The position numbers and the translations under genes were made by a program. The notes under the pieces are model-generated. The model did no database searches. It saw nothing but the letters and a program-made list of their open reading frames with translations, and had not been told where the DNA came from. Below are positions 46,382 through 52,797 of a stretch of 52,797 nucleotides of DNA, one piece after another (position 1 is the first letter of the stretch; each line of letters begins with the position of its first letter). Origin of the DNA: a virus. Taxonomy: Duplodnaviria > Caudoviricetes. Location: the IMG/VR virus record IMGVR_UViG_3300020731_000022, positions 1 through 52,797 of that record; one strand, 5' to 3'.

Positions 46382-47453
46382 TGATAGCCTCTTGTTTTGC
46401 TGGATTATCGAGTGAAATATCAGCATGTTCATTTAATGCACTAATAATCTCTTCTGGTTTATGTCCTTTAAGCATATATCTCTTAAAAGTGTGTGAAGGT
46501 ATGTGTTTTAAACTAGAAAGCAATGATCTTGCTTGATCATGGTTAATGCCCATGCCACGAGCAGCAAGATATTTTGTAATTGGGTGAGTAAACTCTTCAC
46601 CAAACTGGGCCAATGGGTGAAAACCATTTCCATGCCATGCTTCAAGCAATTCTTTTGAATCAATTCCATGTTGATAAGCCATTGCAATGTGAGCTGGCTT
46701 CATTACACTGAAACGCAATGGAATAAAGCCAGAAGATGATTCTAATTCTGTTGCATTGCTTTCTGGTAATGGATTTTCTTCTCTAAATTGCTTAGCTGCT
46801 GCACCTGCTGGGGTTTCACCAAAATTAATCCCAGCAGCACTACCAAGTTCAGTGGCATATGGATCTTGAATGGTATGTGGTCTAGCACTGCGATAAAAAT
46901 TCTCAACTAAATAATCGTGAGGCACACCAATGCTCATTGCTCTCTTGTAATCTGCTGGTTCAATGCCAAATGCGTACGCTTCACGTAGGTCATCCATTTT
47001 AGCAGGATCCCAATCAGTGTGTTCATGTGCAGGAAATTCTGCTGTTCTTTGATCAAGAATTTTTCCAAGACTTTCTTGATCAAAATCACCAGTATTAGCG
47101 TTGTAACCTATCTTGAATGGCAAAGCAATGTCGTGATTTCTGTCCCAACCGTTAGCTTGATTGATTTCTCTCTCTTCTAACACTTCAGGTTGTGAATTGT
47201 AAATGCTAACTGGGTCTTTGCGTCCTTCACCAATATAAGTTTTAAGTTCAGTGGTTGGAGCAGGTCTACCTTCCAACTCATCTTCAGTGATTTGGTGGTC
47301 TTGCGTTAGTTGATTGAACACATTTAGTATATCTTCGTGTTTACCGTCGTCAAATGATGGATTGCGTTCGTAAAATTTCAATTTATCGTGAAGAATATGC
47401 ACTCTATCGAGCGCTTCTTCCCTAGATATTGATCCTGAGTTAAATTTTAGCAT
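46374..47453 (-). CDS. Hypothetical protein with short helical repeats
   Basis: 359 aa; repeated A..xG(I/V).H..L.E units. Confidence 0.75.
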   Translation of the reverse strand: MLKFNSGSISREEALDRVHILHDKLKFYERNPSFDDGKHEDILNVFNQLTQDHQITEDELEGRPAPTTELKTYIGEGRKDPVSIYNSQPEVLEEREINQANGWDRNHDIALPFKIGYNANTGDFDQESLGKILDQRTAEFPAHEHTDWDPAKMDDLREAYAFGIEPADYKRAMSIGVPHDYLVENFYRSARPHTIQDPYATELGSAAGINFGETPAGAAAKQFREENPLPESNATELESSSGFIPLRFSVMKPAHIAMAYQHGIDSKELLEAWHGNGFHPLAQFGEEFTHPITKYLAARGMGINHDQARSLLSSLKHIPSHTFKRYMLKGHKPEEIISALNEHADISLDNPAKQEAINE

Positions 47454-48046
47454 TAATAAACATCCGTTATTCCATCTGTATCGTCAGAAGGAGGGTTTAG
47501 AGGTGGAAGTAAACCAGTATCTGGATCAAGACCTTCTGGTGTCAATCCTTTAATAACATTTTTAGCTTTGTTAATTTTATCTTTTACATAAACACCAGCT
47601 ACACCTGGTGTTGTTTTTAACATTTGTTTAGTATTTTGTCTTTTTTTAGGATCTGTCAAAATTTTAGCTGCATTTGTAATATCGCTCATCATTGTTTTTG
47701 GCCCTTCTGGCCAAACAATATTATACATTTGAGTTAAATGGCTTCCAATCGAGTCTGATGCAACTGGGCCTGTTTTGGTAGCGTTATTTAAATTGTTATT
47801 TAAATTGCTATTAAAACTATTTTGTGTTTTGGTAGCAGAATATCTAATAGCCCACTTCATTCCAACTGTTCCTTGTACTGGAGTATTGGAATTTTCTTCT
47901 TGTGTTTTTTCTGAAGGTTTGGAACGAAAAATTTTAAAATGTGGTATATGACCAGTTTGAAGAAGTGGTGTAATAATATTCATTGCTTGGTTAATACAGT
48001 CTGTACAACCTATTTTAGCATCAATATGCCCTAGCTTACATGTCAT
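47453..48046 (-). CDS. Hypothetical protein
   Basis: Coupled at both ends; internal MKWAIRYSA. Confidence 0.7.
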   Translation of the reverse strand: MTCKLGHIDAKIGCTDCINQAMNIITPLLQTGHIPHFKIFRSKPSEKTQEENSNTPVQGTVGMKWAIRYSATKTQNSFNSNLNNNLNNATKTGPVASDSIGSHLTQMYNIVWPEGPKTMMSDITNAAKILTDPKKRQNTKQMLKTTPGVAGVYVKDKINKAKNVIKGLTPEGLDPDTGLLPPLNPPSDDTDGITDVY

Positions 48047-48465
48047 TTGATAAGACCTCTTACATATTTTTCAGCTTCGTAGTCAGCAGCTGCTGCAGTA
48101 TGTATTCCACCATGGCCTCTATGATGAAACTCACAAAGCCACTCAAGATTATCTGCGCTTTCTACCCAAGCACCTACATGATCTGGGTCTGAGATACCAG
48201 GGTAGTCTATTTCTAGCCACTTAAGGTCGACTCCGTTCTGTAAAGAGAACTCAACATGGCTGTGATGCAACTCTAGAGGTTTATCTAGAGCACATTCACT
48301 AAAATCATTACGATGCAAACCAACAGAACACTGCGCAGTGTCTTTCGTTCTGCGTCTGTAAGCGTTGAAGTCCCTGTAGTGAGGGTCTTTTTCGCGCTCC
48401 GGATGATCAGGATAGCAAATAGTATATCTATGAGTAACATTTTGCTCGTGTTCTTCGACTGACAT
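48043..48465 (-). CDS. HNH-like (His-Me finger) protein
   Basis: C..C..LELHH...NLEWLCEFHHRG..GIH. Confidence 0.6.
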   Translation of the reverse strand: MSVEEHEQNVTHRYTICYPDHPEREKDPHYRDFNAYRRRTKDTAQCSVGLHRNDFSECALDKPLELHHSHVEFSLQNGVDLKWLEIDYPGISDPDHVGAWVESADNLEWLCEFHHRGHGGIHTAAAADYEAEKYVRGLIK

Positions 48466-48470
48466 AGTAA

Positions 48471-48629
48471 TTATTCACTATCTACAGCAGAAAATCCATC
48501 CTGATACGTGCTATTTGTATTAATTTCTTCACTAAAATGCTTATTTACCTTAACTGAGGACATTTGTGTACGTACTTTGTCGTAATATTCTTGTGTAGTA
48601 CAACCTATACAGTTGCAATTTTTTAACAT
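48471..48629 (-). CDS. Small hypothetical protein (52 aa, MLKNCNCIGC...)
   Basis: AAAGGA RBS; directly downstream of a promoter; absent from the ORF track. Confidence 0.55.
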   Translation of the reverse strand: MLKNCNCIGCTTQEYYDKVRTQMSSVKVNKHFSEEINTNSTYQDGFSAVDSE

Positions 48630-48644
48630 AAATTATCCTTTTTA

Positions 48645-48674
48645 AATATATATAAGAGCGCGGGGGTCTGTCAA
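48645..48674 (-). promoter_or_regulatory. SigA-type promoter TTGACA-N18-TATATT
   Basis: Consensus -35 in an intergenic gap. Confidence 0.6.
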
Positions 48675-48697
48675 GTCTATTCGGTGAAAATTTTAAA

Positions 48698-50035
48698 TTA
48701 TTTTTCGGTTTTGAACACTTCTGGATTGCCTTGGATCATTTCCATAAAGTTTTCATCAGTCTGTGGGTTGTAATCAGCTTGCCAAGTTGGTGCAGAATCC
48801 ACTCTAGATCGATTATTTCGTTCTAAATGATCACGAACTAGTCGGTGAACTAAACTATGTACTCTGTTGGAACGCCAGTGAGCTGAAAAAGGATCTTTTT
48901 TAGCAACATTTCCCATCTCAGCCATGTTTCCTACATCTGGAATGTCTTGTGGATAGCCTGCAAAAAATGATTCACGAACACCTGGATGCTTACTAGTAGC
49001 AAGTTTTGATAGATTCTGTGCATCAACGACGTGACTCATAGGGTTTAACTGGTTATTTATGACGTGGTGAATGTTAAATGTCTGAGTAAAATCAGGAGTT
49101 CTTGCCATTTCCCATAGTCTTACATGCATTGGATCATTACCAATTAATGCAGTATCACCCAAAGTTTCTCGAATGTTCTTCAATGTACCATTTGCAACAA
49201 CATGGAATGGATCTTCTTGAGGAGCTCCTGACATAATACCAACGTATTCTTCACCATGAGAGTCTTTTGGATCAATTTCTTTTCTCTTTGTACCAAAATG
49301 TTCATGCGCAGCATCTTTAGCTATTTGAAAATATTTGCGAAGATCAGTTTCTCCAGCTTCAACAAGTCTTCTCATTCCGGTTGCAGCACCATGAGCAGCA
49401 GCTCCAGCTCTCAAGTAAACAGAATCATGTTTGTGTTGACCAGTTCTTCTGTCAGTCATGTAACGACTAGGATAAATTGCTTCTCCATTTGCATCAGTAC
49501 CAATACGAATAGAATCAGAATTGACTAAAAGTTCATTTAATGAAATAGGTTGGTTGCGTCCTGGTACTTGAAGCATTAACATTCCGTAATCTGCTAAACT
49601 TGGAGTGTGAGTAGCAGTTCCTTGACCATAATGTGGTTTTTCACAACCATCACCCAAGTAGTGTGTGTGACCATTCTTGTCACCAGTAATACCCATTGTT
49701 TCAGAAACTTCACGAGGAATAAGTTCGTCAGCTATACCTTGCCATCTACCACCACATTGAGGGTTAAGACATCTTCTAGCTTGTGTACCATCTTCATTCT
49801 TTTGACCTTCAATAGGTGAACCTTGGCATCCTTCACGATAATGTTCAACCATTCTTTGGTGAGCTCGATCTGTTAGTTCACCATGTGGAGTCGATGAAAG
49901 TTCTGACCAACCTTCTAGTCCACTACCTTGCGGTGGGTAGACTTGTGTAATCTCTTTAACCTTACGCACTTTTATGGCAAGACGTTGTGAATTGAATTTT
50001 CTAACTGGTTGTTTTTTACTGTTAAATGATGGCAT
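48698..50035 (-). CDS. Hypothetical protein (445 aa)
   Basis: AAGGA RBS before MPSFNSKKQPVRKFNSQRLA. Confidence 0.78.
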   Translation of the reverse strand: MPSFNSKKQPVRKFNSQRLAIKVRKVKEITQVYPPQGSGLEGWSELSSTPHGELTDRAHQRMVEHYREGCQGSPIEGQKNEDGTQARRCLNPQCGGRWQGIADELIPREVSETMGITGDKNGHTHYLGDGCEKPHYGQGTATHTPSLADYGMLMLQVPGRNQPISLNELLVNSDSIRIGTDANGEAIYPSRYMTDRRTGQHKHDSVYLRAGAAAHGAATGMRRLVEAGETDLRKYFQIAKDAAHEHFGTKRKEIDPKDSHGEEYVGIMSGAPQEDPFHVVANGTLKNIRETLGDTALIGNDPMHVRLWEMARTPDFTQTFNIHHVINNQLNPMSHVVDAQNLSKLATSKHPGVRESFFAGYPQDIPDVGNMAEMGNVAKKDPFSAHWRSNRVHSLVHRLVRDHLERNNRSRVDSAPTWQADYNPQTDENFMEMIQGNPEVFKTEK

Positions 50036-50036
50036 G

Positions 50037-50543
50037 TTATTCCTTGTTTCGTTGTAGCTTATCAAGCAACTTCAACGCTTTCATTTGTATAAAATCTTTT
50101 TTTGACAAAGCTTCTGGAAGCACACCATCAGTGTTTGCAAAACAGTCTCTACAAATATTATCACCATTAAATGATTTGTTAGTAAGAGGAACATTCTGAC
50201 GACAGCTTGGGCAAACAGTATGACCTGGCATACCAGCATAAGGTGTAAATTCTGAAGTTATTATTTCTTTGTTTATTTCTGGGTTAACTCCACGTAGTGC
50301 TGTATAACATTCTCTACAAATAGGTTGATTGTCATCATCTTTGAATTCCAAGTATCGAAGAAATGGTTCCGTCATGGTTGAGTCAATAGTTATTCGGTTC
50401 AAAGCTTTGCAACTTGGGCATTCACCTAATAGCCTAGTATCTTGGTTGATACGTGATAGACCTTCTGGCGCTACCTTACGACGAACATCTTGTTTTTTCT
50501 CACTACCCAAAGATTGGCGGTATGCGTCCCATAGATCACCCAT
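50037..50543 (-). CDS. Double Zn-ribbon protein
   Basis: CPSC..ICREC and CPSC..ICRDC. Confidence 0.75.
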   Translation of the reverse strand: MGDLWDAYRQSLGSEKKQDVRRKVAPEGLSRINQDTRLLGECPSCKALNRITIDSTMTEPFLRYLEFKDDDNQPICRECYTALRGVNPEINKEIITSEFTPYAGMPGHTVCPSCRQNVPLTNKSFNGDNICRDCFANTDGVLPEALSKKDFIQMKALKLLDKLQRNKE

Positions 50544-51184
50544 TATAGATCGTACCTTTGTTGTTGGTTGATTTCATTACGAACATCTTCGGGCAATTCA
50601 TCCATTGGAATATAATCACCACGTTCATTTTTTGGACGCTTACTCATATCCTTTGGTTGTACGGGTGTACTGTGTTCTTCATTGAATACTTTGCGTATAT
50701 CTTCTATGATATCAGAAGTTTCTGCAGGTTCAAAAGCTACTTCTCTTAGCTTGTTACAATGTTGGCAATCAGGAAATTGCTTTTCGTGGTCAGCGGCAAT
50801 TAGATTCATAACTTCTTGAATTGTACCGGCAGTGGCAACTCCATGTAGAGTTGGAATGATTCTTGTATCAATTAGGTTAGATGCTAATTCGTGGTGTTGC
50901 TTTGCGATTTCATCGCTTGTAGCATACTTAGAACCTTTGTAGTGAGCAGGTAGATCGCTCTCTTTGGCAACAGGGTGTTTTTCCCACATATTGTTAAAAT
51001 GTTGCACCATTTTGTTGGCAGCATCATTTTCTTCCTCAATGGGTTGCATTTGGAAAATACCTGTTCCATAGCAGTAAGGACAATCAGGGTTATTGTTGTG
51101 ACAAGGACATGGGACCATATCATTTTCATAACCCATAGCACTATTAAACTCGTGCCTGTTCATAGCATGCTTAGAATTAAACAT
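50543..51184 (-). CDS. Hypothetical protein with CxxCxGxG
   Basis: MFNSKHAM; CPC..CPYCYGTG. Confidence 0.75.
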   Translation of the reverse strand: MFNSKHAMNRHEFNSAMGYENDMVPCPCHNNNPDCPYCYGTGIFQMQPIEEENDAANKMVQHFNNMWEKHPVAKESDLPAHYKGSKYATSDEIAKQHHELASNLIDTRIIPTLHGVATAGTIQEVMNLIAADHEKQFPDCQHCNKLREVAFEPAETSDIIEDIRKVFNEEHSTPVQPKDMSKRPKNERGDYIPMDELPEDVRNEINQQQRYDL

Positions 51185-51462
51185 TATTGAATTCTTGCGT
51201 TGTATCTCTGGCTAGTTTGAGCGCCGTGCCAAGTACGTTGGTCGCCAATGAATGGAATTTTTTCGGGGGCTTCTACTACAGGAGCAGTCACTATAGGTTC
51301 CTCAACAGGAGCCTCTACAGGGGCTACAGGGACCTCTACAGGCTCTTCTACAACCACTGGCTCTTCTACCAAAATTTCTTCTTGTAGAACATCACTAAGG
51401 CCTTGTAGAGCTTCCTCTATAGGTGCTTCTATCTTAGTTGTTTTAGGTTTTGCTGTAGCCAT
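51184..51462 (-). CDS. Small E/P/V-rich hypothetical protein
   Basis: GAAAGG RBS; VEEP/VEAP repeats. Confidence 0.7.
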   Translation of the reverse strand: MATAKPKTTKIEAPIEEALQGLSDVLQEEILVEEPVVVEEPVEVPVAPVEAPVEEPIVTAPVVEAPEKIPFIGDQRTWHGAQTSQRYNARIQ

Positions 51463-51631
51463 TAGTAAGGCCTTTCATTTTGGGTAAGTACTACTATCTC
51501 ATTTAGATTGTCAATCATTTTACATTATTTTGAGGGGCCGACGCGCGTAGAACAAAAAAGGACCGCCCGCAAATCGATTTCCTTATGTTTTCGTTACTTC
51601 CCTTATTATATAAGGTCTTTAGCTTATTCTA

Positions 51632-52039
51632 CTATTCCTCATCATTGTTCCATGTATCATGAGAAACTCCTCCGCTATAATGATCAGCTAATATTGTTAA
51701 ATTCTTAGCGTTATCAACAGCATCGAGTTTTGCTTCTACTGGAGCACCAGGAGCGTGTAGCATTAGTGCTAGTCTATTAGCGTCTGAAGCACGAGCGTGC
51801 AGGCCATATGCAAATGTGTGAGCAGCAGCAATGTCATGTTCACCAGCATTAGTATAAAATTCACCAAGCTCTTCGTGGTGTTCACATTGCTTTAAATGAT
51901 GACCAATAGCATGGGAGAGAGTATTTCTAGTATCTAGATCCGCCAATGACTGGAACTCTTTAGATACGCCCTTAGTGCGTTGTCGATTAATAAAATCAGC
52001 TACGCTAGCTTCTTTACTATATCTATTGTTCCAGTTCAT
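51632..52039 (-). CDS. His/Ala-rich hypothetical protein (135 aa)
   Basis: Likely start MNWNNRYSKEAS, 5 nt after the candidate promoter. Confidence 0.7.
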   Translation of the reverse strand: MNWNNRYSKEASVADFINRQRTKGVSKEFQSLADLDTRNTLSHAIGHHLKQCEHHEELGEFYTNAGEHDIAAAHTFAYGLHARASDANRLALMLHAPGAPVEAKLDAVDNAKNLTILADHYSGGVSHDTWNNDEE

Positions 52040-52044
52040 ACATC

Positions 52045-52070
52045 CTATGGCGACTAACATCGTTTTTTAC
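52045..52070 (-). promoter_or_regulatory. Candidate phage-specific promoter (GTAAAA-N17-TAG) at the head of the minus-strand block
   Basis: Same geometry as the 44352-44377 copy. Confidence 0.5.
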
Positions 52071-52329
52071 AGTGTTTCTGGAAATGGGCCAAGGGGTCCC
52101 CCGCTATTTTTTAAAAGCACTCTTTTCCCTAGGATTAGGGTCCCCTATTGAAAACCCTTTAGTTCTGGAAATGCAAAAATTTGCCATCCTATTATAAGCC
52201 TAGGTAAGAAAAATAACACAGAAAGCTAGAAAGATTATGAAGATCTAGCTGGCTGGCAAGCTTAACTAAGCAAGTCAGCTACCATCCCATGATTGTTTTT
52301 GTGTATACATAAAAGAAAGGAGGGTGAAC

Positions 52330-52452
52330 ATGGCAAAGCCCATGCGTTACGGTGGTTTCAGAGGCATTCCTCAACCATCTAGACAATCAAGGCGTATTGG
52401 TTCTAAACCAGTGCGAGTACAACCAATGTTGCAGAAACGAAGGGGAAAGTAA
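52330..52452 (+). CDS. Small basic protein (40 aa, MAKPMRYGGFRG...)
   Basis: Very strong RBS AGAAAGGAGGGTG. Confidence 0.65.
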   Translation: MAKPMRYGGFRGIPQPSRQSRRIGSKPVRVQPMLQKRRGK

Positions 52453-52537
52453 GCATTCCCTCAGGATATGTCCTGAACACGACATTAAACTATTCATGAA
52501 GTAAGTTATACATAAAACAAGAAAGTAAGTGATAACC

Positions 52538-52699
52538 ATGAGCATTAGCTCGTACACAATTAATGACTGGAGTAAGTTCCTAGATGAGTTTGAGTCTGGT
52601 GAGCTTGCTCTTCCAATGGTTGAAGTAATTGAACCTGAGGAACCACGTCGCACACACTGCTGTTCTGACTGCGGTTGTGAGTGTGGTGGTTGTAACTGA
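52538..52699 (+). CDS. Small acidic protein with Cys-rich tail (53 aa, ...HCCSDCGCECGGCN)
   Basis: AGAAAG...GTGA RBS-like sequence; shares its upstream motif with neighbouring units. Confidence 0.6.
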   Translation: MSISSYTINDWSKFLDEFESGELALPMVEVIEPEEPRRTHCCSDCGCECGGCN

Positions 52700-52797
52700 G
52701 CCTCTAGACAGGCTGGCATCACCGGGGTAACTCGGTGGTGGCTACATGTCGTGAGACATCTGCAGTACATACATAAAGTAAGAAAGGAGGATAGCAT

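Larger units (their letters stand above)
52305..52790 (+). repeat. Three copies of start-associated motif ATACATAAA..AGAAAG
   Basis: At 52305, 52508 and 52769, each preceding an RBS and start; the third start is cut by the window edge. Confidence 0.65.

Noticed and set aside
48043-48465. Mobile homing endonuclease or intron
   Set aside because: Free-standing, no interrupted gene or intron structure seen; kept only as an HNH-like CDS
51485-51514. TTGACA as a SigA promoter upstream of 51462
   Set aside because: No TAnnnT -10 box at 16-18 nt spacing
797-51708. Many short plus-strand and nested minus-strand ORFs (e.g. 8673..8948, 26262..26753, 29720..30079, 44772..45314)
   Set aside because: They overlap longer coupled genes, lack RBSs and look like shadow frames
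52387-52797. 136-aa minus-strand ORF in the track
   Set aside because: Antisense to RBS-supported small plus-strand ORFs and truncated by the edge

Overview
This is a segment of a large, AT-rich tailed dsDNA phage. Almost every gene is on the minus strand, and a divergent plus-strand block of small ORFs begins near 52.3 kb. The major capsid protein, portal, protease and scaffold resemble, from my memory of the sequences, those of Bxz1/cluster-C mycobacteriophages and Rhodococcus phage E3, so the host is probably an actinobacterium. Contents by coordinate: (1) a giant Ser-Gly-heptad fibre and small surface proteins, 0.3-8.7 kb; (2) the head module, 9.4-17.1 kb; (3) large Cys-rich orphan proteins, 19-28.5 kb; (4) a gene pair joined by a -1 frameshift signal, 28.5-30.9 kb; (5) a tRNA-flanked nucleotide-heptose-like biosynthesis cassette with a GT9-like transferase, 31.0-37.7 kb; (6) accessory and putative internal head proteins, including Dps, a metallophosphoesterase, two papain-like enzymes and an HNH-like protein, 37.7-52 kb. 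The top candidates for new biology are a possible virion heptosylation system (sugar cassette plus SG-repeat acceptors), a programmed -1 frameshift outside the tail-chaperone context, a short N-terminal motif shared by many unrelated proteins (possible capsid-targeting/cleavage tag), and a candidate phage-specific promoter TGTAA-N20-AG. All product calls come from motif recognition by eye; no database search was run.
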